Notes under the pieces: model-generated | Seen by the model: the letters and a program-made list of their open reading frames with translations, nothing else | The model's database searches: none | What the model was told of the DNA's origin: nothing | Shown: in pieces, positions 39,340 through 47,497 of the stretch | How the letters are laid out: every line of letters starts with the position of its first letter | Numbering within the stretch: the stretch's first letter is position 1 | Made by a program: the position numbers and the translations under genes | From: an uncultured Thiotrichales bacterium | GTDB taxonomy: Bacteria > Pseudomonadota > Gammaproteobacteria > HK1 | Assembly (NCBI GenBank): GCA_964610175.1 | Contig: CAZSVE010000003.1 | Location: 2,193-66,192, forward strand | DNA length: 64,000 bases | Reading direction: 5' to 3'

Positions 39340-40590
39340 TTACTTGGGTTGTGTCGAGATTTTACCCGGAGGACCGGTTGAAAACGCAGGGAAATCGAAA
39401 GTTGCATTTTTCGATTCCCGTCTCTGGAAAATACCGGGGATGGCTTTTTCAGAGGTTCCTTGGCGTATCGGGATTTTACCATCCTGCCCGATGTGCCGTC
39501 CCCACTCCGCAGCCTTCGAATCTTCCCGCGCCATTTCCGAAACCAGCGCATCGAAGCTGGTTTTGGGCACCCAGCCGAGTTTGTCTCTGGCCTTTGCGGC
39601 GTCGCCGAGTAGGTTGTCGACTTCGGTGGGGCGGAAATAACGCCGATCCACGGCCACCACTTCCCGGCCCAATAGCCTCTCCCCGATTGCGTCGCTGGCA
39701 CCTTCCATCCCGCTCAGGATACCCACTTCCTCGATGCCTTCTCCGCGCCATTCCAGGGACATCCCCAGGGCCTTGGCGGCGCGATTGACGAAATCGCGTA
39801 CCGAGTGCTGCACCCCAGTAGCGATGACGAAGTCTTCCGGGGCCGGTTGTTGCAGCATGAGCCACTGCATTTCCACGTAATCGCGGGCATGGCCCCAATC
39901 GCGCAGCGCATTCAGGTTGCCAAGGTAAAGTTTTTCCTGGAGCCCCAGCCTGATGCGGGCCAGTGCCTTGGTGATCTTGCGGGTGACGAAGGCCTCCCCG
40001 CGAAGCGGGGATTCATGGTTGAACAGGATTCCGTTGCAGGCATAGATCCCATAGGCCTCGCGATAGTTGACGGTGATCCAATGGGCGTAGAGCTTGGCCA
40101 CCGCATAGGGGCTGCGCGGATAGAATGGCGTGGTCTCTTTTTGCGGGGTTTCCTGCACCAATCCATAGAGTTCCGAGGTGGACGCCTGATAGAAACGGGT
40201 TTTGTGGGAGAGATCGAGCGTGCGGATGGCCTCCAGGAGGCGCAATGCCCCCAGTGCATCGGAGTCGGCGGTGTACTCGGGCTCCTCGAACGATACCGCC
40301 ACATGGCTTTGCGCCGCGAGATTGTAGATCTCGTCGGGGCGCAGCTTTGCGACGATGTGTACGAGACTGCTGGAATCGGTCATGTCGCCATGGTGCACGA
40401 AAAATGGCGTGCCGTTTTCATGGGCGTCGCGTAAGAGATGATCGATACGCGCCGTGTTGGGCAGGGAACTACGGCGCTTGACGCCGTGAACCTGGTAACC
40501 CTTGCCGAGGAGAAACTCTGCAAGCCAGGCACCGTCCTGACCGGTAATGCCGGTGATGAGCGCGATTTTTGTTGTCTGCTCCAGATTCAT
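39340..40590 (-). CDS. gmd: GDP-mannose 4,6-dehydratase
   Basis: Start set at [42 protein letters not shown] (the ATG at 40608 is also possible). Motifs QASTSELYG and YAVAKLY (YxxxK). Confidence 0.94.
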   Translation of the reverse strand: MNLEQTTKIALITGITGQDGAWLAEFLLGKGYQVHGVKRRSSLPNTARIDHLLRDAHENGTPFFVHHGDMTDSSSLVHIVAKLRPDEIYNLAAQSHVAVSFEEPEYTADSDALGALRLLEAIRTLDLSHKTRFYQASTSELYGLVQETPQKETTPFYPRSPYAVAKLYAHWITVNYREAYGIYACNGILFNHESPLRGEAFVTRKITKALARIRLGLQEKLYLGNLNALRDWGHARDYVEMQWLMLQQPAPEDFVIATGVQHSVRDFVNRAAKALGMSLEWRGEGIEEVGILSGMEGASDAIGERLLGREVVAVDRRYFRPTEVDNLLGDAAKARDKLGWVPKTSFDALVSEMAREDSKAAEWGRHIGQDGKIPIRQGTSEKAIPGIFQRRESKNATFDFPAFSTGPPGKISTQPK

Positions 40591-42085
40591 TTTCCCTGAG
40601 TGCTCCATTTTGGATGCTTCCCGAGTTGTTTGTTGCCCATTCCGACGCATCATCGGAATGCACAGTTGTTTGCGTGTAATCGTCTTCGAGACGTTCGATA
40701 TCGTTTTCGCCGAGATAACTACCGGTTTGGATCTCGATGATTTCGAGTTCGATTTTGCCGGGATTGCATAGGCGATGCACCTCGCCCGTCGGGATATAGG
40801 TGGATTGGTTTTCCGAAAGTAAAAAGGTCTCCGTGCCACGCGTCACCTCCGCCGTGCCCTTGACGACGATCCAATGTTCGGCACGGTGGTAATGCTTTTG
40901 CAGGCTGATGCCTGCGCCAGGTTCGATGGTGATGCGCTTGACCTGGAAACGCTCTCCGCTATCCACGTGATCGTACCAACCCCACGGGCGCACTACCCGA
41001 CGATGGACCAGGTCCTCGCCGTATTCATTCCCTTGCAGCCGCGTCACTACGTCCTTGATCTCGTCCGCCCGCTGGCGGTGCGCTACCAGTACGGCGTCTT
41101 GCGTGTCTACGACGAGTAGATCCTGGGTGCCCAATGCCACCACGGGGCGATGCGGGGCGCGGATGTAGGTATTGCTGGCAAGGTGGGCGATGCCCTGACC
41201 ATGGAGACGATTGCCTTGCGAATCGGCGGGCGTTAGATGTGCCACGGCGTTCCAACTGCCCACATCGCTCCATTGACCATGGAAGGGGACCACGGCTATC
41301 GGGGTGTGTTTTTCCATGACGGCGTAATCTATGCTCTGCGAGCGGCAGGCATGGAAGGCGGCCGCTTCGGGACGCACGAAATCGAGGCCGTCGCCGGCGA
41401 TCTCCCGATGTGGCCGGGTCATGGCCGCCTGGCAACTTCGCAGGATATCGGGGGCGTGCCGGGCCAATGCCGCCAGCAGGGTATCGGCGCGGGTGAGGAA
41501 AATGCCGGCATTCCAAAGCGCGTCCCCTCGAAGGACGAGGGCCCTGGCCCTGGCGTCGTCCGGTTTCTCGATGAAGCCGCGTACCTGGCGACTGCCGTCC
41601 GGGCGCCTTGGGCCTTGCAGAATATAGCCATAGGCAACGCTGGGAGAGGTGGGCGTCACGCCGAATGCGACGATGAGGCCGGCTCTGGCGGCGGCCATGC
41701 CGTTTCGCATCGTCCCGATGAAGGCCCATGCATCGGGGATATGGTGATCCGAGGGACAAAACAGCAAGAGGGCCTCGGGTTGTTCCTTTTGCCGTGCATG
41801 CAAGGCCGCCAGGGCCATGGCCGCGGTGGTATCGCGGGCCACCGGCTCCAGAATGATGGGGCCGGTCACGTTGGCGGCTTGCATGGCATCGATGACGAGA
41901 AAGCGATGCCCCTCCGCCGCCACCACGCACACGACCTTGCCCCCGAAGGCGGACACGCGTTCCAGGGTGGTCTGTAGCAGGCTTTTGTCGCCGATGAGCG
42001 GCACGAATGGTTTGGGAAGGCTGTTGCGGCTCAAGGGCCATAAGCGACTACCGGAACCGCCGCAAAGAACTACGGGAGTGATCAT
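40469..42085 (-). CDS. manC: Mannose-1-phosphate guanylyltransferase / mannose-6-phosphate isomerase
   Basis: 538 aa. N-terminus [20 protein letters not shown] and a cupin domain ([43 protein letters not shown]). The ORF continues ~60 aa beyond the usual ...ERLEDDY end and overlaps the gmd start. Confidence 0.9.
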   Translation of the reverse strand: MITPVVLCGGSGSRLWPLSRNSLPKPFVPLIGDKSLLQTTLERVSAFGGKVVCVVAAEGHRFLVIDAMQAANVTGPIILEPVARDTTAAMALAALHARQKEQPEALLLFCPSDHHIPDAWAFIGTMRNGMAAARAGLIVAFGVTPTSPSVAYGYILQGPRRPDGSRQVRGFIEKPDDARARALVLRGDALWNAGIFLTRADTLLAALARHAPDILRSCQAAMTRPHREIAGDGLDFVRPEAAAFHACRSQSIDYAVMEKHTPIAVVPFHGQWSDVGSWNAVAHLTPADSQGNRLHGQGIAHLASNTYIRAPHRPVVALGTQDLLVVDTQDAVLVAHRQRADEIKDVVTRLQGNEYGEDLVHRRVVRPWGWYDHVDSGERFQVKRITIEPGAGISLQKHYHRAEHWIVVKGTAEVTRGTETFLLSENQSTYIPTGEVHRLCNPGKIELEIIEIQTGSYLGENDIERLEDDYTQTTVHSDDASEWATNNSGSIQNGALRENESGADNKNRAHHRHYRSGRCLACRVSPRQGLPGSRRQAP

Positions 42086-42276
42086 GGAGCACGGGTTTTG
42101 TCGTTTTGGGGGGAGAAGACGCTTCTCCCGGCGTTATTTCGACTGGAAGTGGTTCTCTTCGATTATGAAAGAAAATCGGTGGTTGGTGCACACCAACCCC
42201 TCACCTTCCATAAATGTGAGGCAATTGGGAGCTTTATAAGACAGATACGAAGCGGAAGATGGGACGGAGTCAATAA

Positions 42277-42376
42277 TTTGTTTGTTTCCCGCCCAGCTTC
42301 ACGATTGGATCGAGTTTTACAAGGCACGAATTCCGGGTTACCAAGCCTCGATGATGTTTCATCGGTTCGAGGCTAA
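42277..42376 (-). repeat. F1, copy truncated at its 5' module by the rpn duplication boundary
   Basis: Reads TTTGTTTGTTTCCCGCCCAGCTTCACGATTGGATCGAGTTTTACAAGG...CATCGGTTCGAGGC. The homology stops just before 42381. Confidence 0.8.
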
Positions 42377-42437
42377 CCACGTTAGCAATATATTCGCCTT
42401 GGCTACATGAGATAATCTTGTATTCTTACCAACCTAC

Positions 42438-43430
42438 TTGGCAAACCCTACCTTGACCAACGATATCGCCCAGCCCCACGATCACTTCCTGAAGGAACTG
42501 CTCTCCTACCCGGAGCAGGCCGGAACCCTGCTGCGGGAACGTCTTCCTTCCGCGGTGGTAAAATTCCTGTCCCCCAAGCCGCCCAAGCTGGTTCCGGATT
42601 CCTTCGTGGACAAAGCACTGCGCGATCACCTCTCCGATCGACTCTTCGAAGTGGAGACCATCAACGGTAAAACTGCCTTTCTTTACGTGCTTATCGAACA
42701 CAAGAGTGCACCGGACGGCAAAGTAGGCTGGCAGTTGTTCAGATACCTGGGCGAGATCCTGAAGCAATGGGTAAAGGAAAATCCGAATTGGGATCACCTG
42801 CCGGCCATCGTGCCGTTGCTCTTCTACCATGGCGAAAGGGAATGGAAGATCCCCAACGAATTCCTGCACCTGGTAGACTTCGAGGAAAGCTGGCGACCAT
42901 ATCTTTTGAACTTCCAATTTCCGGTGCTGGATCTTGGTGTCATTCCGGATCGAAAATTATCCGAGGACCGCCGCCTGCAGGCCCGGCTGCTGGCCATGAA
43001 GTACGCCACCAGAAGGACGCAGCAGTTGGCGGTAAGGGCGAGCTTGATCGAGGCGCTCAAAAACGCCCCCGAGGATCTTCGCACCGTCATTCACTACCTG
43101 ATATCCACTTACATCTATGATGAACAAACCCTGCGCGGAATCATCCGAGCAGTGAAACCAGAGGAGGAAAATCAAATGATGTCCCAGTTTGCCCAGGACA
43201 TTCGCCAGAGAGCCTTGCAGGAAGGTGTACAACAAGGCATGCAACAAGGCCGACAGGAAGGTCTGTTGGAAGGGGAAGCGAAACTACTGCTTCGTCAGCT
43301 TTCCCATCGGTTTCAGCCTTTGCCCGACGAAATCACCGAGCGAATCCACGGAGCCAACCCGAACGCCATCGAAACATGGGCAAAGCGCGTACTGGACGCC
43401 AAATCCCTGGACGAAGTCTTCTCGGAATAA
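42438..43430 (+). CDS. Rpn/YhgA-like recombination-promoting nuclease / putative transposase (PD-(D/E)xK, C-terminal DUF4351-like), copy 1
   Basis: 330 aa. N-terminus PHDHFLKELLSYPEQAGTLLRERLP and core SDRLFEV...FLYVLIEHKS, typical of the Rpn (transposase_31) family. Confidence 0.85.
   Translation: MANPTLTNDIAQPHDHFLKELLSYPEQAGTLLRERLPSAVVKFLSPKPPKLVPDSFVDKALRDHLSDRLFEVETINGKTAFLYVLIEHKSAPDGKVGWQLFRYLGEILKQWVKENPNWDHLPAIVPLLFYHGEREWKIPNEFLHLVDFEESWRPYLLNFQFPVLDLGVIPDRKLSEDRRLQARLLAMKYATRRTQQLAVRASLIEALKNAPEDLRTVIHYLISTYIYDEQTLRGIIRAVKPEEENQMMSQFAQDIRQRALQEGVQQGMQQGRQEGLLEGEAKLLLRQLSHRFQPLPDEITERIHGANPNAIETWAKRVLDAKSLDEVFSE
43161..43178 (+). promoter_or_regulatory. Internal Shine-Dalgarno + ATG inside rpn copy 1 (possible internal translation start)
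   Basis: GAGGAGG at 43161-43167 lies 8 nt upstream of the in-frame ATGATG at 43176. Copy-to-copy divergence begins 27 nt downstream. Confidence 0.4.
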
Positions 43431-43823
43431 TCCGTCCCCTGATCGCCCGCCTCTGGGAAAATTCACGGCTCATTGCAGGGAATCCGTCCCTGTTCCTGCC
43501 CGGCTGGAAGGGAGATTCACGCCCAAAAATCCGTACCACGACTTCAGGCCTTATCTCCCTCATAGCTCGGCTTATCCGGGCGTATCTCGTGAAAACGTGG
43601 TGCAACTCGTCGTTTCCAAGGCATTGATAAATGGAAGGAATATGGCAGACTGCCAAGCAGTCTACCAATCAGGTGATCGGAAGCGTCCAGTAGCCTCATC
43701 ACAAATCCCTGCTTTGCACGCAGGCGCAGACGTATAGTTCGTGGAACCTGGAGAGAAACAATTCATGTTAGTAATATATTCGCCTTGGCTACATGAGATA
43801 ATCTTGTATTCTTACCAACCTAC

Positions 43824-44828
43824 TTGGCAAACCCTACCTTGACCAACGATATCGCCCAGCCCCACGATCACTTCCTGAAGGAACTGCTCTCCTACCCGGA
43901 GCAGGCCGGAACCCTGCTGCGGGAACGTCTTCCTTCCGCGGTGGTAAAATTCCTGTCCCCCAAGCCGCCCAAGCTGGTTCCGGATTCCTTCGTGGACAAA
44001 GCACTGCGCGATCACCTCTCCGATCGACTCTTCGAAGTGGAGACCATCAACGGTAAAACTGCCTTTCTTTACGTGCTTATCGAACACAAGAGTGCACCGG
44101 ACGGCAAAGTAGGCTGGCAGTTGTTCAGATACCTGGGCGAGATCCTGAAGCAATGGGTAAAGGAAAATCCGAATTGGGATCACCTGCCGGCCATCGTGCC
44201 GTTGCTCTTCTACCATGGCGAAAGGGAATGGAAGATCCCCAACGAATTCCTGCACCTGGTAGACTTCGAGGAAAGCTGGCGACCATATCTTTTGAACTTC
44301 CAATTTCCGGTGCTGGATCTTGGTGTCATTCCGGATCGAAAATTATCCGAGGACCGCCGCCTGCAGGCCCGGCTGCTGGCCATGAAGTACGCCACCAGAA
44401 GGACGCAGCAGTTGGCGGTAAGGGCGAGCTTGATCGAGGCGCTCAAAAACGCCCCCGAGGATCTTCGCACCGTCATTCACTACCTGATATCCACTTACAT
44501 CTATGATGAACAAACCCTGCGCGGAATCATCCGAGCAGTGAAACCAGAGGAGGAAAATCAAATGATGTCCCAGTTTGCCCAGGACATTAGAAAAACTGCC
44601 CTGCAGGAAGGTCGGCAGGAAGGTCGGCAGGAGGGTTGGCAGGAAGGTCGGCAGGAAGGAGAAGTGAAAGGAGAAGCGAAAATGCTACTACGTCAGCTCT
44701 CCCGTCGCTTTCACCCCTTGCCCGATGAAATCACCGAGCGGGTTTATGGAGCAGACCCGAACATCATTGAGAGTTGGGTTGATAGGGTACTGGACGCCAA
44801 ATCCCTGGACGAAGTCTTCTCGGAATAA
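43824..44828 (+). CDS. Rpn/YhgA-like nuclease, copy 2
   Basis: 334 aa, identical to copy 1 through ...EENQMMSQFAQDI. The C-terminal ~65 aa then diverge and include (QEGR)n 12-bp repeats. Confidence 0.85.
   Translation: MANPTLTNDIAQPHDHFLKELLSYPEQAGTLLRERLPSAVVKFLSPKPPKLVPDSFVDKALRDHLSDRLFEVETINGKTAFLYVLIEHKSAPDGKVGWQLFRYLGEILKQWVKENPNWDHLPAIVPLLFYHGEREWKIPNEFLHLVDFEESWRPYLLNFQFPVLDLGVIPDRKLSEDRRLQARLLAMKYATRRTQQLAVRASLIEALKNAPEDLRTVIHYLISTYIYDEQTLRGIIRAVKPEEENQMMSQFAQDIRKTALQEGRQEGRQEGWQEGRQEGEVKGEAKMLLRQLSRRFHPLPDEITERVYGADPNIIESWVDRVLDAKSLDEVFSE
44547..44564 (+). promoter_or_regulatory. Internal Shine-Dalgarno + ATG inside rpn copy 2
   Basis: The same GAGGAGG-N8-ATGATG arrangement as in copy 1, 1386 bp downstream. 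Confidence 0.4.
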
Positions 44829-45067
44829 TCCGTCCCCTGATCGCCCGCCTCTGGGAAAATTCACGGCTCATTGCAGGGAATCCGTCCCTGTTCCTGCCCG
44901 GCTGGAAGGGAGATTCACGCCCAAAAATCCGTACCACGACTTCAGGCCTTATCTCCCTCATAGCTCGGCTTATCCGGGCGTATCTCGTGAAAACGTGGTG
45001 CAACTCGTCGTTTCCAAGGCATTGATAAATGGAAGGAATATGGCAGACTGCCAGGCAGTCTACGAAC

Positions 45068-45104
45068 CAGGCGGTCGGGAGTTCGAATCTCTCCGGGCGC
45101 GCCA
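45068..45104 (+). other. tRNA 3'-end fragment (T-arm + acceptor 3' strand + CCA; tRNA-Arg-like), att-site-like remnant
   Basis: Reads GGCGGTCGGGAGTTCGAATCTCTCCGGGCGCGCCA: T-stem GGGAG/CTCTC, T-loop TTCGAAT, then CGGGCGC-G-CCA. No matching 5' acceptor strand (GCGCCCG) lies within 100 nt upstream. A degenerate version sits at the equivalent place after rpn copy 1 (~43668-43700). Confidence 0.6.
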
Positions 45105-45274
45105 TTTTTCTTTAGGAATCAAAGAGATAGATAGCAACGAGGGAGAGACGTTCAGATCAATCTGTACCACGGATTCGAAGTTGTACCACGAATTCAACCC
45201 CATCCCTGCGTTTCATCCCTGTTTCAGGGGATGAAATCCCCTGAAAAGTGCGCTAACAAAAGGCCTTCCGGCCA

Positions 45275-45632
45275 CTATCCGATTCCTTTTCCCGGCTGTA
45301 CCCGTTCCGGTTTCCGACGATAAACCCGCTGGGTGGTGCGTGGGTCCGCGTGGGTAAGAAGGGCCCTGGCATGCTCCAGGGTCTCGGCGTCGGAAGCGCA
45401 TTTGGCGCGCAGATCGTGCTCCGTGAAGCGATTGTCCACCTTCGTCTCGGCGAGCACTTTATTTATTTCCGGCCATGAAGCGCTTCCACATGGACTCCCA
45501 GCCATTGGCGCTGCCCTTCTCCTCGTTGACATACCCCCGGCCGTCCCGGGTGCAGGAAAGGAATGGAGCGATATCCACCGGACGCGCGGCCAACGCCCCG
45601 TCCACGGTGGCCCGCAGTTCCGGGGTCCATCC
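45275..45632 (-). pseudogene. Tyrosine recombinase/integrase remnant (5'-truncated and frameshifted)
   Basis: The C-terminal catalytic region is readable (RFTEHDLRAKCASDAETLEHARALLTHADPRTTQRVYRR). The preceding segment (GWTPELRATVDGALAARPVDIAPFLSCTRDGRGYVNEEKGSANGWESMWKRFM) is in another frame. Homology stops at the F1 repeat at 45633. Confidence 0.7.
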
Positions 45633-45743
45633 CTAGCGAGGCTTCGCCTCAAACCGACAAGGCATGGTCGAGTATTGATAAAGCGAGATTGGCGTCTTGT
45701 AACACTTGATCCAATTGTGAAGCTGGGCAGGAAATAAAAAAAT
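45633..45743 (+). repeat. F1, full-length copy
   Basis: Reads CTAGCGAGGCTTCGCCTCAAACCGACAAGGCATGG...TTGTGAAGCTGGGCAGGAAATAAAAAAA. Confidence 0.85.
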
Positions 45744-45756
45744 AGCAGTACGAACG

Positions 45757-46441
45757 TCATGGTTGGATCGGTGCGATCGAATCGAAGTCGGGCACCTGGG
45801 GGTGTGGCAGACCTTCCGTCGGTTTACCGTTGCGGACTAGTTGGCAGGTGGTCATGCCAGCCTCGCGGGCGGCGTCCAGCTCCTGCTCGGTATCGGACAG
45901 GAACAGGATCTCGTTGGGGGTGGGGCCGATGCGTTCGGCGATGGCCCTGTAGGAGGCCACCTCGTGCTTATGACCGACCCTGGTATCGAAGTAGTCGTCG
46001 AACAAGGGGGTCAGGTTACCGACATCGCTGTAGCCGAACAGCAGTTTTTTGTGCCTGCACGGAGCCGGAGGAGTAGACGTAGAGCCGCAGACCGGCGGCG
46101 TGCCACTGGCGCAGGTTGCGTACCGCATCTTCATGGACATGGCCGGTAAAGTCACCCTGCTGGTAGCCGCGTTGCCACAGCATGCCCTGTAGGTTTTTCA
46201 GCGGCGTGGCCTTGCGGTTTTCGGCGATCCAACGCTTCAGTACTTCCACCACCTCGTCGTCGTCGAGTGAATGTCCCAGCTCTTCGGCTACCGCCCGCAG
46301 TTCGGTTCGCACCACGGCCTCGCCGCCATGTTCCGCCACGAATCTTGCCATGTGGTCACGGGCGTAGGGAAAGAGCACGTCGAACACGAAGGCGATGGAA
46401 GTGGTGGTATCCTCGATATCGGTGAGAATGGCGTTGATCAT
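45757..46441 (-). pseudogene. mtnC: Enolase-phosphatase E1 / acireductone synthase, interrupted by a 1-nt frameshift (or sequencing error)
   Basis: The N-terminal part is in ORF 46016..46441 (MINAILTDIEDTTTSIAFVFDVLFPYA...YVYSSGSVQAQK). The continuation is in ORF 45757..46155 (LLFGYSDVGNLTPLFDDYFDT...FLSDTEQELDAAREAGM). The frames switch at the T6 run at 46045-46050. Confidence 0.8.
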
Positions 46442-47073
46442 GGCCCGGCTCCCGTGCGTGTATTTTTCTGCATGGTCAACATGCGCAGTTTACAGTCGAA
46501 CAGAAATTCGAAGGCCTCTACATGGCGCAGGGCATCCTCGACGCTTTCGCCCCAGGTGTAGAAGCCGTGCCCCCTGATCAGATAGCCAAGCAATGAGCCA
46601 TCGATGTCCATATCATGATCCACCACGGTGGCAAGGCGTTCGATGTCCTGATCATTGGCGAAGATCGGCACTCGCACCCGGCGGGTATGGCAATCGACGC
46701 CAGAAAATGCCTTGAGTAGCTCGTAGTCCTGCAATAACAGGGTGCCTTGATGCAATTCGGAGACCAGGGTGGCATTCGCCGAATGGTGGTGCAACACCGA
46801 GTTGATCTCGGGAAGGCGGCGATAGGCCTGCACATGGAGTTGGGTTTCGGCGGAAGGGGTGCGATTATCCAGGGAGTTGCCCCGCACATCGGTTATGAGT
46901 AGATCGTCACGCGTTAGTTTGCCCTTGTGGCGCCCGGATACCGTGATCAGTAGCCTGCCGTCCGGCAGGCGGGCGGAGAGATTGCCGCTGGTGGCCGGTA
47001 CCATACCCTGCCGGTAGAGTAGTCGGCCTGCCTCGATAAGGGAATCGGCCAGTTGGTCTGTAGTGGTGTTCAT
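46438..47073 (-). CDS. mtnB: Methylthioribulose-1-phosphate dehydratase (class II aldolase/adducin fold)
   Basis: Start set at MNTTTDQLADSLIEAGRLLYRQGMVPATSGNLSAR. The rest is collinear with MtnB (ETQLHVQAY, NSVLHHHS, GYLIRGHGFYTWG). Its stop overlaps the mtnC start by 4 nt. Confidence 0.88.
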   Translation of the reverse strand: MNTTTDQLADSLIEAGRLLYRQGMVPATSGNLSARLPDGRLLITVSGRHKGKLTRDDLLITDVRGNSLDNRTPSAETQLHVQAYRRLPEINSVLHHHSANATLVSELHQGTLLLQDYELLKAFSGVDCHTRRVRVPIFANDQDIERLATVVDHDMDIDGSLLGYLIRGHGFYTWGESVEDALRHVEAFEFLFDCKLRMLTMQKNTRTGAGP

Positions 47074-47257
47074 GGGCGAAATCGATCGTTGTGCGTATTT
47101 TCCGATTTGAAAATGATACGTGTGTGGGCAAGTCCTGCATAGGGTAATATTCGCAAGCCCTGCCCGCCCGGGGCCGAGCCATTGGTCAAACACGGTTGCA
47201 TCTTTTCAAGGACGCATTTTGACCGGAAGAGGTTCTCTTTTTTTATTGTGACAGTAT

Positions 47258-47457
47258 ATTTTGTTTATTTCCCGCTCGGCTTGTGCTCGATCCGACAAGG
47301 CACGATTCGCCTGGCTCCCGAGCTTCTGGCTTGGGAGCATGGATCGTGGAAGCCCCAGCTTTCGGAAAAGCCTCCCAGTCTCCCGCTTGGGGGGCAAGCG
47401 GAGCTGGCGTTTCGTGAAATCCGGCTCATCGGCAAAGCCGAGCGGGAAATAAACAAA
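47258..47457. repeat. F1-derived composite (reverse 3' module + forward 5' fragment + unrelated insert + forward 3' module)
   Basis: Reads ATTTTGTTTATTTCCCGCTCGGC | TTGTGCTCGATCCGACAAGGCACGATTCG ... | ...CGTGAAATCCGGCTCATCGGCAAAGCCGAGCGGGAAATAAACAAAG. Confidence 0.7.
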
Positions 47458-47497
47458 GTAATAATTCCTTCGGTCCAACGTGATATCCACTGGAATT

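Larger units (their letters stand above)
42381..45060 (+). repeat. Direct tandem duplication (unit 1386/1398 bp) carrying an rpn-like gene
   Basis: 42381..43202 is essentially identical to 43767..44588 (1 mismatch seen). 43203..43388 versus 44589..44786 is strongly diverged, with a 12-bp length difference. 43389..~43665 is again near-identical to 44787..~45063. Confidence 0.92.

Noticed and set aside
45011-45104. Possible complete tRNA gene after rpn copy 2
   Set aside because: Only the T-arm, the 3' acceptor strand and CCA are present. The upstream palindrome AGACTGCC-A-GGCAGTCT is not a valid anticodon arm, because it leaves no 7-nt loop. No complementary 5' acceptor strand is found. I called it a 3' fragment instead.
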